Of a stretch of DNA of 64,000 nt, positions 1 through 10,648 are shown piece after piece. Made by a program: the position numbers and the translations under genes. Positions within the stretch are counted from its first letter, which is position 1. Each line of letters starts with the position of its first letter. The stretch comes from an uncultured Pseudomonadota bacterium (GTDB taxonomy: Bacteria; Oederibacteriota; Muellerivitia; Muellerivitales; Muellerivitaceae), in NCBI GenBank assembly GCA_963770835.1, contig CAVYRH010000003.1, forward strand, positions 356,504 to 420,503, in the 5' to 3' direction. The notes under the pieces are model-generated. The model did not search any database. It was not told the origin of the DNA and saw only the letters and a list, made by a program, of their open reading frames with translations.

Positions 1-814
1 GCGTCATTCGTTTTTTATATTCTTCCGGAAGCTCCAGGCAGGTTTTTAAGAAGATCGGTGTGGCCGCCGCGAATACCAGTTTTTCGAACGTCTTTTTATG
101 CTCTCCTACTTCCAAGCCCGTGAAGCGGCCATTTTCGGTGAGGATGCGACTGATGGGGGTATTTAGATTGATTTGAACTCCAGACTTACGGACCGCCGCT
201 GCCAAGGCTTGGTGGAAGACTTCGAAACCGCCTTTGAAATAACCCAGCTTTTCCTTGGTACCCCTGCGGGATGAAAAGCGGGTGTGGACACGGGCCCAGA
301 ACCAAGCCATAGCAACTTGGTCAAAATACCGGCTAAACTTACCTTTTAAAAGCGGTTCCCAGACCACCTTGCGAATTGTCGCGGGGCAATATCGCGTCAT
401 CCACTCCCAGGCTGTGATGTTTTCATAGGGCTTCCAATTTTCCTTCTTGCCCAAGTAAAGGGATTGGACGCCGAACCAGATTCTCTCCCAAAAGGGGAGG
501 GGTTTGAATTTCAAGAGCTGTAGGGGGGTTCCGAACGGGTAAAGCTTGCCTTTGTAAGTGAACCCCATCTGGCTGGTCAGCCAATGGAGGCTGTCACGGA
601 TGCCTAATTCGTCCACTAGTCCGCGAATGTAGATGTCACTGGTGAACAGGTGGTGGTAATAATGCTCCAAGGTGGTGCCAGCCACCGGGAAACCGGCCGC
701 CAAACCTCCCACATGGTCGGAAGCCTCAAAAACCTCGACTTCGTGGCCTTGTTTCGCCAATCGATAGGCGGCGGTCAAACCGGCTACGCCGGCGCCAACG
801 ACGCCGATCTTCAT
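1..814 (-). CDS. NAD(P)/FAD-dependent oxidoreductase (protoporphyrinogen/amine oxidase-like), runs off window
   Basis: Manual translation from ATG 814: MKIGVVGAGVAGLTAAYRLAKQGHEVEVFEASDHVGGLA (GxGxxG dinucleotide fold); ATGA overlap with upstream stop. Confidence 0.85.
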   Translation of the reverse strand, partial: MKIGVVGAGVAGLTAAYRLAKQGHEVEVFEASDHVGGLAAGFPVAGTTLEHYYHHLFTSDIYIRGLVDELGIRDSLHWLTSQMGFTYKGKLYPFGTPLQLLKFKPLPFWERIWFGVQSLYLGKKENWKPYENITAWEWMTRYCPATIRKVVWEPLLKGKFSRYFDQVAMAWFWARVHTRFSSRRGTKEKLGYFKGGFEVFHQALAAAVRKSGVQINLNTPISRILTENGRFTGLEVGEHKKTFEKLVFAAATPIFLKTCLELPEEYKKRMT

Positions 815-1845
815 TTACGGCTCCTTTTACGGGAAGCGGCTTTTTCCCGGGTTTTTTCCAGCTTCCCAAGGCTTAAATGGTCGTGTTTCATAAAATAAAA
901 TCCTAATAAGTTGATCGGAATCCAAACAACCAAATGTACGATCAGGATATAGCCCAAGGCCATTTCCTTGGAGATGCCGAAGGGGATCAAAACATTCTTG
1001 CCTACGAATTCAAATAAACCGAATCCCCCAGGGGCGTTGGGAACAAGAATGGCAATGTTGACTACTGCCATCAACAAAGCGGCGGACCCAAAGGAAAGAG
1101 GGGAAGGCGAAATGCCCATTCCCAGGCCGAGCAGATAGTAGCTGGTAAATTCGCAGGTCCAGGCCGCGACCGAAGTGGCCAAAACCAGGAAGGATTCCTT
1201 GGCATTCTTGAGGATATTGAGTCCGTCAAAAAAGGTGTGGGCAATTTTATTGAGAGGCTTTCTTAGCTTGGCAGGGGTGTGGCCAGTGAAAAAGTTGATG
1301 ATTTTGACGGCGACGTTTTTGAACAAAAGCAGGAAAAAAATAAATAAAACCGCCGCGCCAAAAACATAAGGGCAAGCATGGATGGCCCTTTGGATATCCG
1401 GGGGGAGGTTTTCTAAGCTAATGGGAAGCTTTCCGTAAGAGAGAGCCACTCCCAGCATGATCATCATGGTGAGTCCGTCGAAAATACGCTCCAAAACGAT
1501 GGTGGCCAAGGAAGCGCTCCGGCTGATTTTTTCCTTGGTCCCGTTCAAGTAGGCCCTGACAAACTCCCCGGCCCGGGCAGGCAAAATGTTGTTGGCCATG
1601 AAGCCAATGACGAGGGTGGGAAAAAGGCTTTGGAAACTGCATTTCTTGACGGGTGAAAGGAGGACGACCCAGCGGAACCCACGGATGATGTAGCCGAACA
1701 TATAAATGATAAGGGCCGGAATGAGCCAGAGGACGTGAAATTGGGTGAATGCCGCCCAAAGGTCTCCCCAGTCGATATCCTTGAGGACCAAAAAGAACAT
1801 GAGCGCCATTACGGCAAAACCGAGCCACATCATTTTTTTGTTCAA
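811..1845 (-). CDS. Lysylphosphatidylglycerol synthase TM-domain / flippase-like membrane protein
   Basis: Multi-TM; RW, GFMANNILPARAGE.R, ERIFD, P.APGG.G..E motifs. Confidence 0.85.
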   Translation of the reverse strand: MNKKMMWLGFAVMALMFFLVLKDIDWGDLWAAFTQFHVLWLIPALIIYMFGYIIRGFRWVVLLSPVKKCSFQSLFPTLVIGFMANNILPARAGEFVRAYLNGTKEKISRSASLATIVLERIFDGLTMMIMLGVALSYGKLPISLENLPPDIQRAIHACPYVFGAAVLFIFFLLLFKNVAVKIINFFTGHTPAKLRKPLNKIAHTFFDGLNILKNAKESFLVLATSVAAWTCEFTSYYLLGLGMGISPSPLSFGSAALLMAVVNIAILVPNAPGGFGLFEFVGKNVLIPFGISKEMALGYILIVHLVVWIPINLLGFYFMKHDHLSLGKLEKTREKAASRKRSRK

Positions 1846-2029
1846 CAGTTACCTTCTTTTTCCCAGGGGGTAATCCGGACTGAAAATAATACATTTCGGC
1901 CCGTAAAACAAAGGAAATCTCAGGTTTTAAACCGTTCCATAAAATCCCCGAAATTGGGGAAGGTCTATTGGTGGAAGCCCTTTGGCAAAGTAAAATGAAG
2001 CCTGTTCAAAAAGTTTTCGGGAGGAAAAT

Positions 2030-3100
2030 ATGCGGAAGGCTCATTTTGTTTGGATGCTGGCGTTCCTTGCTGCGCCCGTGTTCCTATTGGCGCAAGATAA
2101 CACTGGGACTCAAAATTCCTCCGCCGGATCAAAAGATTCCACGGCATCGGCGGCGCCAACATTTAAAACCTTTAAAGAAGCCTATGCGGCGGGGAACGAC
2201 GCCTTAAAAGACCGGAAATTCAACGAATCCGCCGCCGATTACGGTGCCGCCGAGGACATGGCTTCCGGCTCCAAGGCAAAGAGTCAGGCGGCCAATGCCC
2301 AAGGTTGGGCCTATTTAAAAGCCCGGAAACTGGGAGAAGCTAAAAAGGCTTTTGCCCGCTCGGTGGAGGAAAATACCGACAACAAGCTGGCCTTAAAAAA
2401 CTTGGGGGCCACCGAATATGACATTTATGAATACGGCATGGGAACAGCAGACGACCTGAAAGACGCTGTGAAAAACCTGGAAGCCAGCGGGGAAAACCAG
2501 GAAGATTTGGAAACCGCCAAGGCCGCTCTGGCCCGGGAAGAGGATTATGCTAAGGCCACCCCAGAGGCCGAGCCTGACACTTCGGGAATGAACTTCAAAT
2601 CCCTTTGCGCTTTAAGCGACAAGTTGGAAGAACAAGGCTTTACCGACCAGGCGTTTAAAATTATGGAAAAAGCGGCGTTAGCGGCTTCTTCTCTCAAGGG
2701 CAAGGCTGCCTCCGCCAACCGCCAAGGAAAGTTGCTCTTGGATGCCCGCCGCCCCACCAAAGCGGAAGTTTATTTCGAGGAAGCCGTTAAATATCAGCCC
2801 AATGACAAGGTTTATTTGAACAACTTGGGATGGAACAATTGGATCTTATACCAATCAGGCAAAGGTGAAGAACCCGAGTTGAAAAAAGCAGTGGACGCCT
2901 TCTACCGGATGAACTCCGCCGATCCGTCCTATCATGGCGATAACCTCAAAATGGTCTTGGAGGAGTTGAAAGACATTGACCCCGATGCCGCAAAGGCTTA
3001 TACGGTTAAGGATGAATCGAGCCCGGACACTGATAAGGTGGACAATGCCAAAAGCGACAACTCCAAAGAGGATAACGACTCAGCCGGTGACTCCAAATAA
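2030..3100 (+). CDS. Secreted TPR-repeat protein
   Basis: Signal peptide; helical repeats (ANAQGWAYLK, YLNNLGW). Confidence 0.7.
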   Translation: MRKAHFVWMLAFLAAPVFLLAQDNTGTQNSSAGSKDSTASAAPTFKTFKEAYAAGNDALKDRKFNESAADYGAAEDMASGSKAKSQAANAQGWAYLKARKLGEAKKAFARSVEENTDNKLALKNLGATEYDIYEYGMGTADDLKDAVKNLEASGENQEDLETAKAALAREEDYAKATPEAEPDTSGMNFKSLCALSDKLEEQGFTDQAFKIMEKAALAASSLKGKAASANRQGKLLLDARRPTKAEVYFEEAVKYQPNDKVYLNNLGWNNWILYQSGKGEEPELKKAVDAFYRMNSADPSYHGDNLKMVLEELKDIDPDAAKAYTVKDESSPDTDKVDNAKSDNSKEDNDSAGDSK

Positions 3101-3737
3101 TCCACGGCTTTCCATTGAAGAGAACTTAAGCCGGCTCCACCAGACTATCCGCCGTTGTTCCAAGTGTTTTCCAAGGGGCGGGAATTGTCCCGTGCCGGGC
3201 ACGGGACAGGCAAAAAAAGGAGGACTGTTTTTGATCGGCCAGGCTCCGGGTGTCCGCGAACCCGCCGCTCAGAAAAACTTTGCCTGGACTGCTGGAAAAC
3301 GTCTTTTTCAGTGGTTCCTGTCCCTGGGAATGACGGAGGAAAAAATCCGTCAGTATGCTTATATTACCGCCGTCACCAAGTGTTATCCCGGCAAGGCGCC
3401 CCACGGAAAGGGCGACCGAAGACCCAATCCTGAGGAAGTCGCCCATTGCGCACCCTACTTGGATGAAGCTTTAAGTCTGCTGAACCCTTCCGTCGTCGTT
3501 TTAATAGGTGGTTTGGCCATCGAACGCATCCTGGGACCTCATAAATTTTCCGAAGTCATCGGCAAGGAATTCCATAAAGTCCTTCCTGGCGGTCCTGCTT
3601 GGGTTATTCCTATTCCACATCCTTCGGGCGCAAGTCCTTGGCCTCACCTTCCGGGCAATAAGGAAAAATTGGAACAAGCCCTTCAGCTGATTAAAAAACG
3701 CCTCCGACAGCAAGGGTTGCTCGAATCCTTTCTGTGA
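3087..3737 (+). CDS. Uracil-DNA glycosylase superfamily protein (start uncertain)
   Basis: CxxC, IGQAPG, KCYPG, PHPSG motifs. Confidence 0.85.
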   Translation: MTPNNPRLSIEENLSRLHQTIRRCSKCFPRGGNCPVPGTGQAKKGGLFLIGQAPGVREPAAQKNFAWTAGKRLFQWFLSLGMTEEKIRQYAYITAVTKCYPGKAPHGKGDRRPNPEEVAHCAPYLDEALSLLNPSVVVLIGGLAIERILGPHKFSEVIGKEFHKVLPGGPAWVIPIPHPSGASPWPHLPGNKEKLEQALQLIKKRLRQQGLLESFL

Positions 3738-3840
3738 TAGGGTTCAATTCCCAAGCGTTTCCCTGTATCTTTTCCCGGCCCTTGGATAAAATATGACGCC
3801 AGTCTGGGATTTTTCCATTTCCATTTAACCGGAGGTTTTC

Positions 3841-5319
3841 GTGATTCAATTTTCGGCTGTTTCCACCGCGGACCGTTTCAAACGGCCTAAAACATGGGTG
3901 TATTTGTCTTGCGAGAAGGAAGCCGCTTTTTTAAACGCCCCCGGGAAGGCGAACGAAGCCATCCGTAAAACAATGGAGGAAGAAGGCTTTCAAGGTAAAG
4001 AAGGCCAAACGGCGGTTTTCCGGGCTCCCGAGGGGGGATTGGCTGAAAAAGTTATTGCTTTAGGGTTGGGCCCCAAGCAAGAAATGAAAATGGAGACCCT
4101 GCGCCGCGCGGGGGGGAGGTTGGCCCGTAAGGCTCGCGAAATTCGGGTTGAAGAAGTTGCGCTGGAATGGCCGCGATTCCTCAAAGACGATTTCATAAAG
4201 GCCTTCGTCGAGGGGTTGATCCTGGGTTCTTACCAATTCACTCGCTATAAAACCCAATTAAAGGACGCACCCAAGGGTGTTCAAAGGCTTTTCTTGAAAA
4301 CAGCGCCTGACTTGCTGGCCGACGCCAAAAAGGCGCTTCAAATGGCGGTAAGTTATTGTGAGGGCACAATCTTGGCCCGGGATCTGATCAATGGCGCTCC
4401 CAGCGATGTTACGCCCAAGGTTTTAGCGGACGCCGCGCGTAAGATCGCCAAGGGTCCGGTTAAGTTAAAACTCTACACCAAAAAAGACCTCCGGCGGATG
4501 GGCGCGGGCGGCATCTTGGGAGTCAATATTGGAAGCGCCCAAGAACCCTATTTGATCCATTTGCATTACAAACCTGTTGGAAAGCCCAAGAAGTCGGTGG
4601 CCATCGTGGGGAAAGGCATTACCTTTGATTCCGGCGGATTGTCCTTGAAACCTGCCGGTTCCATGGAAACCATGAAAATGGACATGTCGGGCGCCGCTGC
4701 GGTTTTAGGCGTTTTCAGTCAATTGGCGAAGGTGCGGCCCAACGTCGAGGTACATGGGATCATCCCCACGACCGAGAACATGCCTGGGGGGAAAGCTTAC
4801 AAACCAGGGGATGTTCTGAAGGCGATTAACGGCAAGACAATGGAAGTCTTGAACACAGACGCGGAGGGCCGTTTGATCCTTTCGGACGCCCTTTCTTACG
4901 CCGTGCAACAGAAAGTCGACAAGATTATTGATATGGCAACTTTAACCGGTGCCTGCGTGGTAGCCCTGGGTTCACTGGTTTCCGGTGCGATGGGAAACGA
5001 TCCTCAACTTTTGGAACAAATCAAGGAAGCTACGGAAACTGAGGGGGAACCGATTTGGGAGTTACCCCTGGTCAAGGAATACCGCGATGACATCAAAAGT
5101 AAGGTAGCCGATATTAAAAACATCGGAGGCGGGCGGGAAGCGGGCTCCATCATTGGCGGCCTCTTTTTGCAAGAGTTCGTGGGGGATACCCCCTGGGTCC
5201 ACCTGGATATTGCGGGTCCCGCTTACCTGGAGCGTGAATTTCCGGCGGTACCCTACCTCACCTATGGGGGAACAGGCTTGATGGTCCGGAGCCTTTTAAC
5301 CTTTCTCAAAACAATGTGA
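3841..5319 (+). CDS. pepA: Leucyl aminopeptidase (M17)
   Basis: VGKGITFDSGG, MKMDM.GAA, NTDAEGRL, ATLTGA. Confidence 0.95.
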   Translation: MIQFSAVSTADRFKRPKTWVYLSCEKEAAFLNAPGKANEAIRKTMEEEGFQGKEGQTAVFRAPEGGLAEKVIALGLGPKQEMKMETLRRAGGRLARKAREIRVEEVALEWPRFLKDDFIKAFVEGLILGSYQFTRYKTQLKDAPKGVQRLFLKTAPDLLADAKKALQMAVSYCEGTILARDLINGAPSDVTPKVLADAARKIAKGPVKLKLYTKKDLRRMGAGGILGVNIGSAQEPYLIHLHYKPVGKPKKSVAIVGKGITFDSGGLSLKPAGSMETMKMDMSGAAAVLGVFSQLAKVRPNVEVHGIIPTTENMPGGKAYKPGDVLKAINGKTMEVLNTDAEGRLILSDALSYAVQQKVDKIIDMATLTGACVVALGSLVSGAMGNDPQLLEQIKEATETEGEPIWELPLVKEYRDDIKSKVADIKNIGGGREAGSIIGGLFLQEFVGDTPWVHLDIAGPAYLEREFPAVPYLTYGGTGLMVRSLLTFLKTM

Positions 5320-5447
5320 AATCCACCAAACTGTTAAATCCGCACCCCAATGACCCTGAATCGGGGGTAAAAACCAGATTCAGGTTCCTAGAGATAAGCC
5401 TGGGTCTGTTGATGACCCCTAAAACTTGGGGTTTTAACCTAAATGTT

Positions 5448-5475
5448 GCAACCCTTTGTGGTCCTAAACCGTCCT
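5448..5475 (+). promoter_or_regulatory. Candidate ECF-sigma promoter (AAC-N17-CGTC)
   Basis: gcAAC at 5448-5452 and CGTC at 5470, just upstream of the ECF sigma gene. Confidence 0.4.
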
Positions 5476-5499
5476 AAAGATAGGCAAGTCAGGTGATGA

Positions 5500-6048
5500 A
5501 TGACCGAACTTGAAGCCATTGACCGTTGCCAAAAAGGCGATATCGCCGGACTGCATGTTTTATATGAACTGCACCGGACGAAGGTTTACAACCTTTCGTG
5601 GCGGATGTTGGGGTCGCCGCAAGACGCTGAAGATGCGTTACAGGAAGTATTCCTGAAAGTCTTTGGCCGCATCGCGAACTACCGGGGCGATTCAGCCTTC
5701 AGTACTTGGCTTTACCGGATGACCACGAACCACTGCCTGGACCTTTTGAGGCGGCGGAAGATCTTAACCTTCCTGGGTTTTGAGAACGCCCCAGAGGCGC
5801 AGGACAAGAGGGACAGTGAAAAGGCCGTCAACCTGGGCTTGAGTCCAGTGGTGGCCAAAGCGCTGGAAAAGCTCCCGGCTAAGCAGAAGGCCTGCCTTTT
5901 GATGAGGGAGATGGAGGAATTAAGTTACGAGGATATTGCGGCCGCCCTGCAACTTTCATTGGGTTCGGTGAAATCCAATATCCATCGGGCAAAGGTTCTT
6001 TTGAAAGAAATTCTGGAAAAAGAAGGCCTTTCGAAAGAAGATGTATAG
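5500..6048 (+). CDS. ECF RNA polymerase sigma factor
   Basis: DAEDALQEVF, FSTWLYR, SYEDIA...GSVKS.IHRA. Confidence 0.95.
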   Translation: MTELEAIDRCQKGDIAGLHVLYELHRTKVYNLSWRMLGSPQDAEDALQEVFLKVFGRIANYRGDSAFSTWLYRMTTNHCLDLLRRRKILTFLGFENAPEAQDKRDSEKAVNLGLSPVVAKALEKLPAKQKACLLMREMEELSYEDIAAALQLSLGSVKSNIHRAKVLLKEILEKEGLSKEDV

Positions 6049-6066
6049 GGAAATTAGGGGAACGTC

Positions 6067-6492
6067 ATGAAAAAGATTTGGAAAAAACAAGACGTCGAAA
6101 AAATTTTAAGACAGATGGCCAAGACCACTCCCGAAGAGACTGTCTTTGACCGCGTTTGGTACAAGCTGGAAGATAGCATCAATTCCAAGAAGGAACATTT
6201 TTGGCAACACGTCATTTGGAAGCCTTGGGGCCATCCGGTGCGCTGGGTTGCTGTGGCTTGCCTTTGCATGGGTTTGACCGGGGTTGTTTATAACGGCATT
6301 TCCACCGCCAATGATAAGGATGTAGCTTCATTCATTATGTCGGTTTCAAATCCGACTGAAAATGTCACCCATGACCTGGGGACGGTAAATGTATCGGTTC
6401 TTTTAAGCGGTCCGTCCACCAATGGGGTGGAACTTCTTAAAACTGATGATGAGCATTCGAACATCCTTTCCGGGGACGAGATTCTCCTTTAA
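6067..6492 (+). CDS. Putative anti-sigma factor (single TM)
   Basis: Directly after ECF sigma; one hydrophobic segment. Confidence 0.55.
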   Translation: MKKIWKKQDVEKILRQMAKTTPEETVFDRVWYKLEDSINSKKEHFWQHVIWKPWGHPVRWVAVACLCMGLTGVVYNGISTANDKDVASFIMSVSNPTENVTHDLGTVNVSVLLSGPSTNGVELLKTDDEHSNILSGDEILL

Positions 6493-6519
6493 GAAGTCAA
6501 ATCAGCTTGAGGGGGCGTA

Positions 6520-6975
6520 ATGAGAAACGGCAAGTCGGCGGTGCTGCTGGTTTTGATTTTTTCGGCTTTCTCTGGATTCCGCTTGTCTTGGGCCGAGCCG
6601 GGCATGGAAGCCAAACCCAAACCCACTGAAACCCAGGCCGTCCACCTGACTTGGCGCCAAATCATGGACAAACTCCAGCTCACTAGTGAACAGCGCCAAG
6701 CCGTATTAAAGAACCGGCACGCCTACCGCCGGGAAATGGCGGTGATTGAGGGAAAAATTAAAGTGAAACAAGTGGAGTTGGAAAATGAACTGGAAAAACC
6801 GGAACCCGATCAAACGAAGCTGGATTTGATCACACAGGAAATCGGCGTTCTTTATGGCCAGCGTTTGAGTGAAAAGGTGAAGGCTAAGCTGGAACTGGAG
6901 AAAAAAATCCTGGAACCCCAACAAGTCGACCTTTTGAAAACCTTGGAAGGCCCTCAAACGGGCGACGAACTTTAA
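6520..6975 (+). CDS. Spy/CpxP/ZraP-like periplasmic protein
   Basis: Signal peptide; LQLTSEQ and ILEPQQ (LTxxQ-type) motifs. Confidence 0.75.
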   Translation: MRNGKSAVLLVLIFSAFSGFRLSWAEPGMEAKPKPTETQAVHLTWRQIMDKLQLTSEQRQAVLKNRHAYRREMAVIEGKIKVKQVELENELEKPEPDQTKLDLITQEIGVLYGQRLSEKVKAKLELEKKILEPQQVDLLKTLEGPQTGDEL

Positions 6976-7117
6976 TTCTTTTCCTGCTTTCTGGCCCTTT
7001 CTTGCTTTTCCCCCCGCCAAAGCCAGTAAAATCGGTCAAAAATATTGCTAACAAAAAATTTTGGCACTTGATTTAACTTTGACAAGCTTTTGAAAACGGT
7101 GCTAAACTTTTTTCACC

Positions 7118-7672
7118 ATGAATTTCCTTGCCGGCCTTGCTTCGCCTTTCCTACTGTTCCTTAAAAAATTAGTCCGTTTGGTGGAGCTTCGCAAATACAA
7201 GGAAGCCCTCCGCCGAAATCCCCAGGATCAATACCTCCGGGCCCGTTATGCCAAATACTGCCTAAACAGTTATTTCCAGGATTCCAGCTCCAAAATCCAC
7301 GTGGTGGAAGCCGTCAACCAGTTTGAAAACATCGAGCATTCGGAAGTTTTGGATTTGGAGGTCTTTTACCTCATGGGGAAGTTCTACCAGGGAAACGACA
7401 ATCAAAAAGCCATTGACGTGTATATGAAGGGAATCCAACGGTACAACGATTATGTGGACAAGAGCATTGAATTCCGCCATGAGCACGTGGAAACGGCTTT
7501 CGCCATAGCGCTTAACCTCTTGGGCCTGGAATCCCACCACGCGGACCCGGAGCTCCAGAAGTTCTTTAAAAATCTCCGGCGGACCTATTTGAAAAACTTC
7601 CTCGACCACAAGATGGATTTTGACCCGGAAATCCTGGGAAAGGCTTCAGGGATACATCCCACCATCAACTGA
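7118..7672 (+). CDS. Hypothetical helical (TPR-like) protein
   Basis: 184-aa ORF followed by terminator. Confidence 0.6.
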   Translation: MNFLAGLASPFLLFLKKLVRLVELRKYKEALRRNPQDQYLRARYAKYCLNSYFQDSSSKIHVVEAVNQFENIEHSEVLDLEVFYLMGKFYQGNDNQKAIDVYMKGIQRYNDYVDKSIEFRHEHVETAFAIALNLLGLESHHADPELQKFFKNLRRTYLKNFLDHKMDFDPEILGKASGIHPTIN

Positions 7673-7689
7673 GTTAAAACCTACACCTC

Positions 7690-7727
7690 AACAAAAAAGG
7701 CCCTGGATGCCCAGGGCCTTTTTTGTT
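7690..7727. terminator. Bidirectional rho-independent terminator
   Basis: aacaaaaaaggccctgg-atgc-ccagggccttttttgtt between convergent genes. Confidence 0.85.
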
Positions 7728-7747
7728 TTCAAAGATTTTTACTTCGG

Positions 7748-8347
7748 TTAGACGTTGGTTGAAACCTTTCCGGCCCTCATGTAGAGACCGTTGGCGGCGA
7801 AGAAGCCGATGACGATCACCCCAACGAACCAGTACCATTCGTCGTGGAGAAAGTGCTTCCCAGCGGCCAACATGGCGAAAACCATCGGGACTGAAAGGTA
7901 AACATTGATTTTGGAGAAAAGGGCGGCCCGGCTAACGATTTCGGCGGGAGCAGGGTTTCCTGCCTTGACCCCGTTAATGATTTTGCGCTGGCAAGGCCAG
8001 ATGATGAACCAGACGTTGAACCACATGATGGTGCCGAAACCGGCCCCCAGCATGATCCAATGGCCACGGGTGCTGTTGAAGGAAGCCTCGGCGTTGGGCC
8101 CCATGTAATTGATGTAAAGCAGGATCAGGCCCAAAATAAAGGTCAGCATCGCCCCCCACCGGAAAAAGTACAGGGCCCTCGGCATCAGCTCCGGGACCAC
8201 CTTTTTCTTGGAATCCGCATCCAGCGTTTTCGCGAAGGTCGCATTGACGAAATTGAAGAAATAGAGAAGCCCTATCCATAAAATACCGAAAACCACGTGG
8301 AACCATCGGAACAGGATGTTCAGAATTTCCGTCCAAGTTGTGTCCAT
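7748..8347 (-). CDS. Urate hydroxylase PuuD-family membrane protein
   Basis: RWFHV..GILWIGLLYFFNFV, ALYFFRWGA, MWFNVWFIIWP.Q; GGAGG RBS. Confidence 0.8.
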   Translation of the reverse strand: MDTTWTEILNILFRWFHVVFGILWIGLLYFFNFVNATFAKTLDADSKKKVVPELMPRALYFFRWGAMLTFILGLILLYINYMGPNAEASFNSTRGHWIMLGAGFGTIMWFNVWFIIWPCQRKIINGVKAGNPAPAEIVSRAALFSKINVYLSVPMVFAMLAAGKHFLHDEWYWFVGVIVIGFFAANGLYMRAGKVSTNV

Positions 8348-8610
8348 ATCGCCTCCATTGGCCAAATTTTTTCAAGCAACCGGCTTACGGTATTCAGGCC
8401 CGCGACAAATGTCAAGAGAAGGCCCGGATTTGGTCGACAGCGGGCGTAAGAGCTGGTCTCCGGTCGGGTGGGCGGGGGGCCGCCCGCTGGTTTTAAAAAA
8501 CGGGAGTAAATCGAAGCTCATTTTAGTTTTGATTCCAATGGCCTTTTTGTGCATTATGAGCGCGGGACAAAGTTACTGTTTTTTGCCCAGGGGAACGGCG
8601 GCGGAAATCC

Positions 8611-9453
8611 ATGAATGAATGCGAACAATTACACCCACTGTTGCGGGGTTACCTGGACGACCGGCTGACGGCCCGAGAACGGCGCATGGTGGCCCGGCAT
8701 TTAAACCTCTGCGCTTCGGCTCGGAAGGAATTGGACCAGCTTCGCAGCGGAGGCCCCAAGCCGCCAGTGGTTTCAGCCAATCCGCCTTCCGAATCCTGGG
8801 ACCTCAAGATCCTCCGTTGGCTTTTTAAAACCCCCAAGTCGTCTGCCTCCAAAGAAGCGGAAGCGGCCTCCAAGAAATCGAAGCAGGCCAAACCACCCGT
8901 CGCGCGGACGCCGGAATCCCCAAAATCTTTTCCCTTTAAGGCCATCCTTGGCATTTGCCTGTTGTTTGTGGCATTGGCTTTTTTAACGCACTTTATCCAG
9001 AACGCCGGGGAAAACTCCCTGGTCAAGGGCGTTAAAAGATGGCTTTCAAAAAACCACGTTTTGGGAGTCACGCCATCCCTAGACCTGGTCCTGGACCTTA
9101 CCAACTTGCCGCATTGGAGCGGTAGTGCCGCCCCGGTGGCTTTCCCCTGCCAGGAACTGGTGACGGACCCGGAGAGGTTCAGGGTTTATTGGGCTATTTT
9201 GCAGCCCGGCGTGGAGCCGCCCCCATTGGATTTCACCAAAAACAACCTGGCGGTGGTTTTTTTGGGCCCGAGATCGGGAGGGGGAAACTCGGCGAATTTC
9301 AAACGGATGGAAAACTACGCGGATAAGACGATCCTTTGGTACGACGAAGCCATGGGAATCCAAGCCACCCCCACGGCCTTCGCCAATCCCTGGGTGCTTC
9401 AAGTGGTGCCCAAGCCGACCCAACAGTCGGTGTTGATCCAGAAAATACAATAG
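8611..9453 (+). CDS. zf-HC2 (anti-sigma-type zinc finger) membrane protein
   Basis: C...YLD..L...E...V..HL..C, TM helix, extracytoplasmic domain. Confidence 0.65.
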   Translation: MNECEQLHPLLRGYLDDRLTARERRMVARHLNLCASARKELDQLRSGGPKPPVVSANPPSESWDLKILRWLFKTPKSSASKEAEAASKKSKQAKPPVARTPESPKSFPFKAILGICLLFVALAFLTHFIQNAGENSLVKGVKRWLSKNHVLGVTPSLDLVLDLTNLPHWSGSAAPVAFPCQELVTDPERFRVYWAILQPGVEPPPLDFTKNNLAVVFLGPRSGGGNSANFKRMENYADKTILWYDEAMGIQATPTAFANPWVLQVVPKPTQQSVLIQKIQ

Positions 9454-9501
9454 CCGCAGCCTTTCGCCGTTGGCCGTCAACCCCATCCAAAGGAGCCGTC
9501 A

Positions 9502-10596
9502 TTGAAGATTGGCATCGTCGGTTTGCCCAATGTGGGAAAGTCCACCCTCTTTAACGCCATCACTAAATCCAAGGCGCCCGCGGAAAACTACCCTTTTTGC
9601 ACCATCGACCCCAACGTGGGAGTGGTCACCGTGCCGGACGACCGAATCGACCGCTTGGCGGAAATGGAAAAAAGCGAAAAGCGGGTCCCGGCCATCGTGG
9701 AATTCGTGGATATCGCCGGTTTGGTGAAGGGTGCCAGCAAGGGAGAAGGCTTGGGCAACAAGTTCCTTTCCCACATCCGCGAGGTGGACGCCATCGCCAT
9801 GGTGGTGCGGTGCTTTGAGAACACCAACATCGTCCATGTAGAGGGTTCCATCAACTCTATCCGGGACATCGAGATCATCCTGACCGAGCTCTGCCTGGCC
9901 GACCTGGACACGGTGGACAAGCGGCTACAGAGGACCGAAAAGGCCAAAAAAGCAGGCGATAAGGAAGCCGTTGTGGAATGGGATTTATTCACCTCGGTCA
10001 AGAAGGTATTGGAAGAAGGAAAGCCCGCCGTCTCGGTTCCGGCCACACCCGAGCAGGAAAAGAAATTAAAGGAGTTAAGCCTCCTGACCCGCAAGCCGTT
10101 TCTTTTCGTCGGGAACGTATCCGAAAACGACCTGGCCGACGTTTCTCCAAACAAGTATTACCAGGACCTCCAGAAATACGCCGCCGCCCATCACGCCCCC
10201 TGCCTCCCCATTTCGGCCAAGATTGAGTCCGAGGTGGCCGAGCTGCCAGAGGAGGACGCCAAGCAGTTCCTCTCCGACCTGGGCATCAAGGAAAGGGGCC
10301 TGCACGCCATCATCCGCAAGTCCTATGAGACCCTGGGGCTGATTTCCTTCTTTACGGCGGGGCCCATGGAATCCAAGGCCTGGACCATTACCAAGGGCAC
10401 CCTGGCGCCCCAGGCGGCGGGGAAGATCCATTCGGATATCGAGCGGGGCTTCATCAAGGCCGAGGTTTATTCCTACGACGACCTCATCGCGGCGGGCTCC
10501 ACCATGAAGGCCAAGGAAGCCGGTAAGCTTCGCACCGAGGGCAAGGAATATGTCATGCGGGACGGCGACGTGGTGCATTTCCGTTTCAACGTTTAA
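9502..10596 (+). CDS. ychF: Redox-regulated ATPase YchF
   Basis: GIVGLPNVGKSTLFN, NYPFCTI.PN, DIAGLV.GAS.GEGLGNKFL, C-terminal FRFNV. Confidence 0.97.
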   Translation: MKIGIVGLPNVGKSTLFNAITKSKAPAENYPFCTIDPNVGVVTVPDDRIDRLAEMEKSEKRVPAIVEFVDIAGLVKGASKGEGLGNKFLSHIREVDAIAMVVRCFENTNIVHVEGSINSIRDIEIILTELCLADLDTVDKRLQRTEKAKKAGDKEAVVEWDLFTSVKKVLEEGKPAVSVPATPEQEKKLKELSLLTRKPFLFVGNVSENDLADVSPNKYYQDLQKYAAAHHAPCLPISAKIESEVAELPEEDAKQFLSDLGIKERGLHAIIRKSYETLGLISFFTAGPMESKAWTITKGTLAPQAAGKIHSDIERGFIKAEVYSYDDLIAAGSTMKAKEAGKLRTEGKEYVMRDGDVVHFRFNV

Positions 10597-10648
10597 GAAG
10601 GTTTCTCCAACCTCCATCCGCTTCTCATCAACTTCATGAATTTTGGGT